Virus record (IMG/VR): IMGVR_UViG_3300020557_000008
Span: 1-64,000 of that record
Direction: 5' to 3' (one strand)
DNA length: 64,000 bases
Source: an uncultured virus (IMG/VR IMGVR_UViG_3300020557_000008)
Lineage: Duplodnaviria > Heunggongvirae > Uroviricota > Caudoviricetes
Shown here: positions 32,500 through 42,100 of the stretch, in pieces
Numbering within the stretch: the stretch's first letter is position 1
Layout: each line of letters opens with the position of its first letter
Program-made: the position numbers and the translations under genes
The notes under the pieces: model-generated
The model's database searches: none
The model's input: the letters and a program-made list of their open reading frames with translations, nothing else
What the model was told of the DNA's origin: nothing

Positions 32500-33855
32500 T
32501 TATTCTCCGTAGGCTTTCTTGTTTTTATAACTGTACCAAGTAACCGCAGTATGCCTATTCCCAAACAAAACTGGATTGACCCTGTGGACAAAAGGAAACG
32601 ATGATGAAAAAAGGACTATTTTTCCTGCTTTTGGTTCGACAACCAAATTGTGATTTTCAAATACCAGTTCCCCACCAGAAAAATCATCGTTCAGGAACAT
32701 AATAACTGATATCACTCTTGGAAATTCAGCACAATCATCTGTGTGGTTATGAAACTTATCGCTTCGTTCATACCTCAAAAGAGACCAGGTATGAGACTCT
32801 AAATCCAAGATATTATACATTTTTGCAAAGTCTTTTACTATCGGCTCCACTCCTGCCTGAAGGCTTGAATATAAGCGGTTTGCCGGGTCGTGAGGATGGC
32901 ACTCTTCCGCAGAACTGTTTAAGAAATTTACATAGCAGCGCCTTGCGTTATAGTCGACAGTCGGTTTCCTGTCCGGACTCAAAACCTCAGCGCGCTTCCA
33001 AAATCTAAAACAAACATTTCTAGTGAGTCCGTCAAGAGTGAGCGATGCTTCTCGTGGAACCATGTACTCGACAATTCCTGGAGCAAGAACCTTTTTTGAC
33101 AATATTGGCAATTCGGTTATCTCCACCTCGTCATCAGTAAACTTGCTAAACATTTCCGTGTATGTTCCCAAAACATTTGAGTAGTCGTGGCACGGGCAAA
33201 CTGGCTGTTCAACTGGACAATCTGGAAGTGGTATGTATCTGTTTTTATTAAAATATCGAATGTCTCCATCTCTTCCATATTTTTGCACGCCGTTTTTTTC
33301 AGTTTGAATCCAGTGGCTTGGCTGAGTGAAATGCATGAACAAAACAACAGTGCTCAATGAGTCATCCGTGGTTGGATACGGTGGCCGTGCGTGCATGTGC
33401 TGTTGACCAGCGAAAATGATTGCGCTGTTCGCTTCTTGCTTGTAGTCAACCCTCTCAACACGAAGGTCCCAATTAGCAGTGTTTTCAATTGTTAAATCTA
33501 TTGTTGTCTGGGTGCCATTCTGGTCATAGTGTTCCCAAAGAGATGGTGTGCAGCCATTTTGAATTTGATATCTAGAAACAAAGAAATATGCCTTCTCTAA
33601 TGTGTCGTCATTAAAGATTTCTCTTGCCATTTTTAGACAGTATTCCTCAATGTCTGGGTCTAGGGATATTGACGATTCCCATCTACCTATCATCGTGTGA
33701 TATTGCTTGTTGCCACTTGGGCCAAGTTTTAAATCATCTACAGATTTTTTTACTCTTTTAAATAATTCTTCTGGCAGAAAATTATTGATTAATTGTGGCT
33801 CATCAACCAGCGGCGTTGGCAAATCAAACTTAATTACGCCGTCACGCCTTGGCAT
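32500..33855 (-). CDS. Tandem 2OG-Fe(II) oxygenase (prolyl-4-hydroxylase-like)
   Basis: HYD...H.R domain and HTD...FLNDDFSGG...H.V..V..G.R domain. Confidence 0.85.
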   Translation of the reverse strand: MPRRDGVIKFDLPTPLVDEPQLINNFLPEELFKRVKKSVDDLKLGPSGNKQYHTMIGRWESSISLDPDIEEYCLKMAREIFNDDTLEKAYFFVSRYQIQNGCTPSLWEHYDQNGTQTTIDLTIENTANWDLRVERVDYKQEANSAIIFAGQQHMHARPPYPTTDDSLSTVVLFMHFTQPSHWIQTEKNGVQKYGRDGDIRYFNKNRYIPLPDCPVEQPVCPCHDYSNVLGTYTEMFSKFTDDEVEITELPILSKKVLAPGIVEYMVPREASLTLDGLTRNVCFRFWKRAEVLSPDRKPTVDYNARRCYVNFLNSSAEECHPHDPANRLYSSLQAGVEPIVKDFAKMYNILDLESHTWSLLRYERSDKFHNHTDDCAEFPRVISVIMFLNDDFSGGELVFENHNLVVEPKAGKIVLFSSSFPFVHRVNPVLFGNRHTAVTWYSYKNKKAYGE

Positions 33856-33858
33856 AAA

Positions 33859-34116
33859 TCACCACTTATTGAGTGGACAAACAGCATGGCCAAGCCTTGC
33901 CTTAAGCGGCATTATGCATCCACACTCGCGACATTGGCTTGTTTTGCTAATAAATGAATCGCAACCCTTGCAAATTTCAAGCCTTGCAGCAACTACATCG
34001 TCTGGGACGTGCATTCCAGGATTCAATAGATGCCATGGCCGCGCCTGACCTTGAGCAGCAAGTTTTTTCTTAAACTTATCCCAGTTTGTTTCAGGTTGGT
34101 TCTGTGAAGTTTCCAT
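33859..34116 (-). CDS. Small Cys-rich protein (DUF6171-like)
   Basis: RLEICKGC...CRECGC..K....CPLNKW. Confidence 0.7.
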   Translation of the reverse strand: METSQNQPETNWDKFKKKLAAQGQARPWHLLNPGMHVPDDVVAARLEICKGCDSFISKTSQCRECGCIMPLKARLGHAVCPLNKW

Positions 34117-34501
34117 TTGAGTATCCCCATCCAGCCATAACCGCGTAGTTGTCAGCCTCTATCCTTGCAAGTGTAGCCCCACTTGTTAGCGCGGCAGCAA
34201 GAAGTTCACTTGAGATATGTAATACGTATTGAGTATTGCCTTCTTTTTGAATTTCTATTACTGCGTGTCCTTCTTGAACATTGTGATTGCCAGATTCAGT
34301 TACGTCAACAATGTTGCCACCGTTTAGGGCTTCCCAAATTGGCGGGTAGGTTGGGAATGTTGCCACTACCTGATTGCCCATTATCACCGCAACTGCGACA
34401 CCCAAAGAAGAGCCCTTTTCCAAGCCGCGTTGCTCGGAGGGAATCCACCTATACCCACACTCGACCCCATCGTAAAAAAGCCCAGATGTTTCTGTAATCA
34501 T
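34091..34501 (-). CDS. Hypothetical tail-associated protein
   Basis: ORF after the tail gene. Confidence 0.65.
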   Translation of the reverse strand: MITETSGLFYDGVECGYRWIPSEQRGLEKGSSLGVAVAVIMGNQVVATFPTYPPIWEALNGGNIVDVTESGNHNVQEGHAVIEIQKEGNTQYVLHISSELLAAALTSGATLARIEADNYAVMAGWGYSNGNFTEPT

Positions 34502-34530
34502 TTCATCCTCACAATTTCGTTAGTAAATGC

Positions 34531-34731
34531 TTATTCTTCTGGAGCGTGAAAAGAAGTCCCATCGTATGTCCACCCAGGCAAAACCTCTGGTGAATCAGTA
34601 ACTTCGACAACTGTTGGATTACTAGAAAGTCCAGCGGCCCACATAGGCGCTTTTGAATCATAATCATCCTGCATTACAAGTTGCATAAATACATCGCCTT
34701 GAGCGATAAATACGAAACGACGGCGTGCCAT
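34531..34731 (-). CDS. Small tail-associated protein (...PGWTYDG.SF.AP)
   Basis: Motif common after tail fibre genes. Confidence 0.7.
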   Translation of the reverse strand: MARRRFVFIAQGDVFMQLVMQDDYDSKAPMWAAGLSSNPTVVEVTDSPEVLPGWTYDGTSFHAPEE

Positions 34732-34743
34732 AGTTGTTAAATC

Positions 34744-37700
34744 TTATCCTATGCAGGTATTGGTCGCTACACACGTAAATCCTGGTTCGCATGGCGGGTC
34801 ACAGACAGGAGGAGGGCTTACTGGCGGAGTAACAGGAGGTGTCACCGGCGGAGTAACTGGCGGAGTAACTGGCGGCGTGACCGGCGGAGTAACAGGCGGC
34901 GTGACCGGCGGAGTAACAGGCGGCGTGACCGGCGGAGTTACCGGCGGCGTTACCGGGGGAGTGTAGATGCCGTTACAGTCATTCGGCGCGTTCTGGAATG
35001 GCGCAAGGCATTGATTTTCATAACCACAAATTTCGTTAATGTAAAGGAACGTCGTGCATAGTTGACCCTCATAGGAAGGTTCCACTGGAGATACTGGGTC
35101 AACCGGGGCAACTGGACCAACTGGGTCGACCGGGGATACTGGGTCAACTGGGCTTGGCGAACCAGCGCACTCTTCAAGACAATAAATTGTTTCCGTGTTG
35201 TCATCATGAACAATGCGGGCAAATAACGTAAGGGTATCTGCGTCCCAAAAGAATCCGATTCTGTCCGTGTAATCATTTGCTTGATATTGAATTCCTTCTT
35301 TCCATACTGCAAGTTTTTCTGTTGTTGCCGGGTTGCCATCAGATGCCCACAACTCAAGTTTTTCCCATGTCAAAATTGATTTTGAACCAAATGAGTCAAT
35401 GCTTTCTGGACCATTCAATTTCATTCCTGCCGCGTCATACCCTTGACTGTCCGCCCATCCTTCAGCAGAATCAAGGTTTCCAATAAACATATTCCCCAAG
35501 AATGTGCCGCCAAGTTGTAGATATCCAGGTTGTATTTCCAGGTCTCCGATTTTTCCTGTTGCTGCAGTCATGTAACCAGCATTTGTTACCGAAAATGGAG
35601 CATTGCTTATGCTGGCGGAACCGGACCACATGTCTCCATTTGCACCAACGTGGAAAGATGTGGCGTCAAAACCACCAATATCAATTGTTGAACCAATAAT
35701 TTGACCAGCAAAATATCCGTCAACTGTGTAAAGGTCACCAGTCACGGAACTAATTTGAGTTACCAAATCTCCGGCGTTATTGAATGCTCGGAGTCCTGAA
35801 GAATCTATGATAATTCGAGGATTAGATGTAGATGTTTGGAGCGTTGGTGCGGTAAGTGTTCCTTGAACCCATGTGCCATTTCGTACTGTTACTGAGTTGA
35901 GTTCTGCATCTCCAGATGCTTCAATTGTCCATCCGCTTGTGTCTGCAACATAGTTGTTTGAGCGGATTGCTCCGTTGAACAAGACCTGAGCGCTTGCCGA
36001 AGCGGTGAAGGAAAACGGAGGAGATGGCACGCCGGACTGACCGTTTGTCGTATATGGAAGAATTGTAAATTGGTATTCTCGCCCAGGAGCAGCAAGATTC
36101 TCAAACACTGCAGAGTTTTTGTCTGCGGCAACCGTGGCCGAGTGACGCTCAACAATTCGAGTTACGTCTCCGACAGATGCTGTTCCTGTTGGGATGTCTG
36201 GGCCTACGTCGTCAAATGTAAAAAAAGTTGCTGACGCACTTGTCAAAAACACAAGAGTTCTGTCAAAGTATCCGTCTGTAGTGCCAGTGATATTGATTAA
36301 GTCGCCAACATTAAAGCCATGCTGGTCATCGACTTCTGCATAAGCAATATTTCCGTCACGGTAGATGTCGACAATTGGATAACTAATTGCTATTCCAACA
36401 CTGTTTTGCTCTTCTCGGTAAACAATCGCTTCGTAATGAGTAGCGCTTGTGTTGTCTGGGGATTCCCAAGAGGCAACAACTCTGTTGCTCATCCCAACAA
36501 CTTCAGCGCCAACAGAAGTTCCTGTTGGCGCCAACGGCTTTGATGATGTGCCGCGAAGCGTAAATGTTGGTATTTCAGCAGCACCGAGACGCCCGTAGTT
36601 TGCTGCGTACTTTAGGTTGCTTGCAATATCCTGAAAGATGTCTCCGAAAGTGACTTCAATTGTTTCGTTGCCGTTTTCGTCGATAGAAGCACTTATCGCA
36701 CTGATAATTCGTTCGCTGAATACTCCTGTATCAATTTCCACGAGTACTTTGTCGCCAATGTCAAAGTCTTCCCACGCGGTCATGCCGTCTCGCTCAGCAA
36801 ATGATGTGGTTATTTGCAACTTGCCATCGCGAACCTGGCGAACCGCAGAGGCAGTGATATTTGCAACGGCCGGAGCATCTTCCGACGTATTCTCAATAAA
36901 CATTTCACGGAAACCGTAAGTTCCTGTGCGGTCAGAGATTTGCCTATCCAGATTGAACCCGTCCGAGCCATAAACAACTGTTCGTAGTTCAGAAACTGAC
37001 GTTCGTGTTTCTACGGTCTCCAGCATTGGAAGACTAAAAATGAGTGCTGCAGAACCACTGGTCATGTCATCGCCAAATGGTTCGTCAAACACAATTGTGT
37101 CAGTGGTAAACGGCCTTACTGCAACACTGATAACGCCGCTTGGCGAGACATGCCAATCCACGCCAGTATTTGCGGAAACTTCGTTTATTACATCAAGAAG
37201 AGTTCGGCCAACTGCAATGTTGAAGTTTCCTCCATCTCGAACGACTCGCCCTTTCGAGTCTGTTTTACCCAAAGATGATGTGAGGGTTGCATCAAGAGAA
37301 AGTGGCCAGTCAACCGCGTATCCGATTCCTCCACGGCCGTTAAGAGTTTTGATTGCGCCAAAGTCTTCCTTCTTTGTCGAATACTCATAGCCAGTATCTG
37401 CTTCTGTAAAGAGGATGTAAAAGGCAGATATTCCAGTGAACGCACCAAGCGAAACTTCGGTCCAGACAATGCTTACTGAGCCAACTTGATTTGATGATGT
37501 CAGACCACCATTTGATGTAATAGCAAAAGATTTATACCCATTAGTTGTTCCTTCATTTACGAAGGCTGCGTTGCCGACTTCAAGGTCTGAGATTGGACTT
37601 CCGTCTGCCCTTGCAGTGCGCTGAATAACCCAAGGATTTGAAGAGCCACCAATAGAAACAATCCAATAGACACCGTTATGGGCTTGTGTTGTTTGGTTTT

Positions 37701-38304
37701 TTACAAGGATGGTGTCGCCGACGACCAGGTCTGTAACGCCATCAATTCCGGAGTTGTTTATAGAACCATTGGCAGTTGCTGTAAGGCGTGCTCCAGCACC
37801 AGCCACATCTGTCTGTGGACCAGATTCATAGGTGGCAGAGAGATTGCCAGTCGTTGCAACTCTTACGTTATATGCGTAACCGGGGAACAGTCGGTCAAAA
37901 AACTTCGGTCGCTGTGTTGTGCCTGCAGTTGCTCGTGCCTGATTGCTGAAATCCTCTGGAAGGACAATTCCCCACCCAAGAGCAGAAGCAATGCCGCGCC
38001 CACCAATAACAAGCGGCTGACTTACTCCGGCGCGGTCAACTTGCACATCCTCAATAAAAAACGTAAATACCGGGTCTCCATCTCTGCGAACTTGCAGAGC
38101 GTATGGACCGTCAAGCAAAGAATCTCCACGCTCTGCTTGAAAAGCATCAAAGAATGGGTCTGAAAAATCGTGCTCCAAAGTTGCTGAGCCAACGTCGTTT
38201 AATTGGTCGGATAACTGAATTGACTTCCAGCGCGGCAAATACGCAATTGTTTGGTTTGGGTCGTTTGCTAGAACAACCCAAACATCCCAGGTTGTTTTAG
38301 CCAT
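34744..38304 (-). CDS. Minor tail / central fibre protein with FN3-like segments and a Pro-rich C-terminus
   Basis: Follows Dit; VRVATT...DGV.....ILVKNQ...NGVY domain; (TPPV)12 tract. Confidence 0.8.
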   Translation of the reverse strand: MAKTTWDVWVVLANDPNQTIAYLPRWKSIQLSDQLNDVGSATLEHDFSDPFFDAFQAERGDSLLDGPYALQVRRDGDPVFTFFIEDVQVDRAGVSQPLVIGGRGIASALGWGIVLPEDFSNQARATAGTTQRPKFFDRLFPGYAYNVRVATTGNLSATYESGPQTDVAGAGARLTATANGSINNSGIDGVTDLVVGDTILVKNQTTQAHNGVYWIVSIGGSSNPWVIQRTARADGSPISDLEVGNAAFVNEGTTNGYKSFAITSNGGLTSSNQVGSVSIVWTEVSLGAFTGISAFYILFTEADTGYEYSTKKEDFGAIKTLNGRGGIGYAVDWPLSLDATLTSSLGKTDSKGRVVRDGGNFNIAVGRTLLDVINEVSANTGVDWHVSPSGVISVAVRPFTTDTIVFDEPFGDDMTSGSAALIFSLPMLETVETRTSVSELRTVVYGSDGFNLDRQISDRTGTYGFREMFIENTSEDAPAVANITASAVRQVRDGKLQITTSFAERDGMTAWEDFDIGDKVLVEIDTGVFSERIISAISASIDENGNETIEVTFGDIFQDIASNLKYAANYGRLGAAEIPTFTLRGTSSKPLAPTGTSVGAEVVGMSNRVVASWESPDNTSATHYEAIVYREEQNSVGIAISYPIVDIYRDGNIAYAEVDDQHGFNVGDLINITGTTDGYFDRTLVFLTSASATFFTFDDVGPDIPTGTASVGDVTRIVERHSATVAADKNSAVFENLAAPGREYQFTILPYTTNGQSGVPSPPFSFTASASAQVLFNGAIRSNNYVADTSGWTIEASGDAELNSVTVRNGTWVQGTLTAPTLQTSTSNPRIIIDSSGLRAFNNAGDLVTQISSVTGDLYTVDGYFAGQIIGSTIDIGGFDATSFHVGANGDMWSGSASISNAPFSVTNAGYMTAATGKIGDLEIQPGYLQLGGTFLGNMFIGNLDSAEGWADSQGYDAAGMKLNGPESIDSFGSKSILTWEKLELWASDGNPATTEKLAVWKEGIQYQANDYTDRIGFFWDADTLTLFARIVHDDNTETIYCLEECAGSPSPVDPVSPVDPVGPVAPVDPVSPVEPSYEGQLCTTFLYINEICGYENQCLAPFQNAPNDCNGIYTPPVTPPVTPPVTPPVTPPVTPPVTPPVTPPVTPPVTPPVTPPVTPPVSPPPVCDPPCEPGFTCVATNTCIG
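34820..34963 (-). repeat. 12 x 12-bp coding tandem repeat (Thr-Pro-Pro-Val)
   Basis: Units vary only at synonymous positions. Confidence 0.95.
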
Positions 38305-39176
38305 TAGTAATAGGCCTTCCGATAGGAAATTGTCACTGTTCCGGACCCGGATGTGCGGCTACATGAAATCGTGTTGCTTAATGGGAATATCTCAAACCAT
38401 GATTGACGAGCGCCAGCACGATACAAATTGGCAATATCATTAACGTTATTTTTCTTTAGCGTCAAAGCGTCAGTATCAATAACAACAGATTGTCCAGTTG
38501 GTATTGTGCCGTTGTAACCAATTGCTGTTTGACTCGAAGCGTAGGTTTCGTTAACAAGGCGAGGATTGGTCAGATTGTTAGTGGAAGTAAAAGTAATTGT
38601 CATATAGGTAATCGGCGCAGTGCCTACTGCGCTCGCGGACATCGGAACCGCAACCGGAGTGGTGGAGAAGTTTGCAGATGCTGAAGTGCTTGTAAGGGCA
38701 AACCATCTTGGGTCAGGAAACTGAACATCAACTGTAAATTCAGTTACGTTCAAGTCACGATGGTCCGAAACAGTTACTGCGCCAACAACTTCACCGTAAG
38801 CAACTCGCGAAGAATAATTCAAAGGGTTGTCTGGATTGATGCGAACATGGGTGACCGTAAGAAGTTCAGGCATTTCGTTAAGCAGATTAAAAACCGTGTC
38901 GTAGTTTTCGTTGAACTGTGAGCGTCGTCCAGCCTCAGTCGCTGCGACCGAGCCGCTTACTGGGTCATTGTCACTAACCCAAATGGTCCATGTTTCTGTA
39001 CGTGTGTCAAGCCGTTTTTCACGCCATTGTGTTCCGTGAATAATGGCCGAGCCAACATTTTCTCCCTTTTTAGCGGGAATGCCGCGCTCAACACTTGAAA
39101 GCATGTAGCCGTGAGTGGCAAGTTCTACCCCATTGACGTCGTACCACTCAAGAACATTTGGAAGCGCTGTAGACAC
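38304..39176 (-). CDS. Distal tail (Dit-like) protein
   Basis: Directly after tape measure; F...DPRW and terminal YR.AY motifs. Confidence 0.75.
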   Translation of the reverse strand: MSTALPNVLEWYDVNGVELATHGYMLSSVERGIPAKKGENVGSAIIHGTQWREKRLDTRTETWTIWVSDNDPVSGSVAATEAGRRSQFNENYDTVFNLLNEMPELLTVTHVRINPDNPLNYSSRVAYGEVVGAVTVSDHRDLNVTEFTVDVQFPDPRWFALTSTSASANFSTTPVAVPMSASAVGTAPITYMTITFTSTNNLTNPRLVNETYASSQTAIGYNGTIPTGQSVVIDTDALTLKKNNVNDIANLYRAGARQSWFEIFPLSNTISCSRTSGSGTVTISYRKAYY

Positions 39177-39181
39177 CTATA

Positions 39182-42100
39182 TCACCCGAACAATCCACTG
39201 TTTGCCAGAACCTTCATGCGGCGGGTGATTGAATCTTCCGCTGCTGCAGGTACTGGGTTATTGACCGTGACAATAATAGGCTGGCCAGACGACGTCTGTG
39301 GTGTCGCTGTTTGACGTTGTGTGTTTCTGGTGTATCGCTCAAGAGCGGAATTCGTGACGATTGTTCCGGAAACCTTTGGAATAAACATTTCCGGGCCACG
39401 CTCCCCAACAACATATGGCATTTCACCGGAAACAGGCCCACCAACAGCCCTAAAGCCCGCAAGATACTTATTCCATTCACTATTCAAAATGCTCTTGTAT
39501 CGAGTATCGAACGCCCCAGAGGCAACCAACTGGTTCCGGAACTCTTGGCCGCCTCCTGCATACTGGCCGCCAAAACTTGCCAATGTGGCGTTCTCGACCG
39601 ACTTCTTATTTGCACTCAGCCATTGCGAATATGTCATCGGCTTTGTGCCAAGTCCGCTTTGTGATGAGTCTGGGTTTATCCCGCCACCGCCGCCGCCATC
39701 AACGATTGCAGTAACTGGAATTCGCAAAACAAGTGGCGACTTGGCAAATGATTCGTTCGCCGAAAACTGGATTGCCTTAAAAATTGCTGGACCCAATGAG
39801 TTAAGGTCCTTCCACATTTGACTGTCTTTATTGAGGAGCCCGGCAGCAAGATTTTTAAATTCAGCCCCAATGCCGGCGGTCAGTGTATTGAGATTTCCAC
39901 CAGCCTTTACAATCTTTGCAAATACTCCGTCTGGACCGTCAAGAGTTGTGTTGAATGCTTGACCAGTTACTTCAATATTGTTACCAAGAGTAGAAACATA
40001 ACCGCCAACAGTTGACACATAGCCACCGTATGTGCCAACTTGGGTTCCAAGGGTGGTTAGGTTGGTTGTGCCAACTTGCAACTTGCCACTAGCAATTCCA
40101 GTCGCTGTTGCCAAATTGTTATAAACAGTCTCAAGTTCTTTATGATTTGCGTAAAGTTCTGCTGCTGCTTCTTGTACTCCTTGGTAAGCGGAAAGGACGT
40201 TTACCGTTGCATCAGCAAGATTAAGTTGTTTGTTTTCAACATCAACAGATGCATCGATGAACTTGTTTTGCGAATCAATAACTGTGTCGTTTACCTCGGA
40301 TGCTGCTGCACGCGCTTCAAATAGGGCGATTTCTGCATCTACAAGTTGGACATATGATGCGCGCCCCATTGCATAGTCGCGTGAGACACGTTCAAATTCC
40401 AATTGCAATTCATCAAGTTGTGCTTGTTCGTACCCTGTTACTTGTGCGCCTCCACCAACGCCAAAGCGCGTTTCCGCATACTGCTGTTCACGAGCGGCTC
40501 GTTTTCTGCGGTCATCAAGCGCTCGCTGCATGTTGATGAGTTTTGCCAAGTCGGCTTGAGCCTTGCGGAAGTTTAACTGCGACTTGATATAACCAGAAAG
40601 TGAGCCAATAATGTCCTTCATTCGACCCATTACTGCTTTTACGTAATCTGTGGCGGGTGTTTCGACATTGTCTTTTTGCTCAAGGAACTTTTTGAAGAAA
40701 GCGCCAGCACCCCTATAGCCACCCTTCTTGTATGCGTTCATAATGGCATTTTGCATTGACTTCTCAATTACACGACCAGAACGACCAGCCATTTCTGCCT
40801 GGAATCCAACAGCGACACCTTCTGCGGACGGTGTACCAACTTCTTTTGCCATTACCGTTGACGGGCTCTTGATGCCGAGGCGGCGCTTCAGACGAGCAAT
40901 TACATCATCGCCAACAGCGTCAATCGCTTGCGAAACATATGGTCGACCATTTTCAATACCCATGGCAAATCCAGCCATGAGGTCATTGCCGACTTGTTGC
41001 ATTTCCTTGCCTTGTGCATCTTTTGCGCCAAAAAGAGTTTTAATTATGTCCGGCATGATTCCATCACTGCTCGTACCAAATTGATGCATTTCCAAGAACT
41101 TAGTAATGTCCACTTCGCTCAATCCGGCTGCCATTCCGTCCCCAACGATTCGAGCAATTCCTTCGCCTAGCGCACGTGTTGCTCCAGCCTCGTCTCCAGC
41201 AAGTGCAAATTGATTTACGACCTCAAGAACACTGTCCATTGCATCAAGAAGGCCTTCTTGGGCCTTGTCGGCGTTAACACTTCCGGAGAACAGGTCGCCA
41301 CCGGCTTTCGATGCATCCTCCCTGAAGTTACGCATAGAATCACGGAAGTCAATTTGTGCTTCTGTCATTCCTCTCGTGACACCCATAAGGGCTTCTTGGC
41401 CTCGTTGGAAATTCTTAAGTGCTGCTTGCGCTGCATCAAAATCATCAACCAGACCCTGTATTTCAGGATGCAAGCCTTCAGAGAAACGGTCGCCAAGAGC
41501 AGTTACCGCAGTATCAAGGCTGTAAACGCTGCGCACAACCTCCTCTGATTTAACGCTCATTTCCCCAAGGGCATCAACTAAAACTTTTGCCGATGCGGCA
41601 GCACCTTTTGCGCCAGATGGGATAGCCCTCATTCGGTCTCGAAGAACCTCTAATATTTCAAGTGCGCGCTGTCCCTCAACACCAAATGTATTTTCAATAA
41701 ACTTAATGGCAGCAGTTTCATTTGCAGTCTTTAGAAAAACATCCCTAAAGTTTCCGGCCGATTCGCCAACAAGTTCAAAATCTCCAGTCAGACCCTTAAG
41801 TGCTGGACCAACGATTTGAGAAATAACTTCTGCTTGAGTATTTGAGGATGTTCCAGCAGATTCAAAATATGCTTGCCACTTTCTAATATTTGCAACAAGC
41901 GGGTTGAGTTGTCCAGTATTTTGAATTGTGTCAGTAAATGCTTGACCGTACGCACCAAGCGCTTCTTTGCTTCGGTACGCATGTTCTTCCATTTCTGTGT
42001 CGGTAACTTTTTTAATAAATGTTTCGAGTCCATCGCCAGCCTTAATTGATTCGCTGGAAATTACATCTGCCCCACTTGCCACAGCAGATGCAAGAGCCTG

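Noticed and set aside
34751..34966. Plus-strand (GGVT)n ORF
   Set aside because: Antisense shadow of the TPPV repeat in the tail gene.
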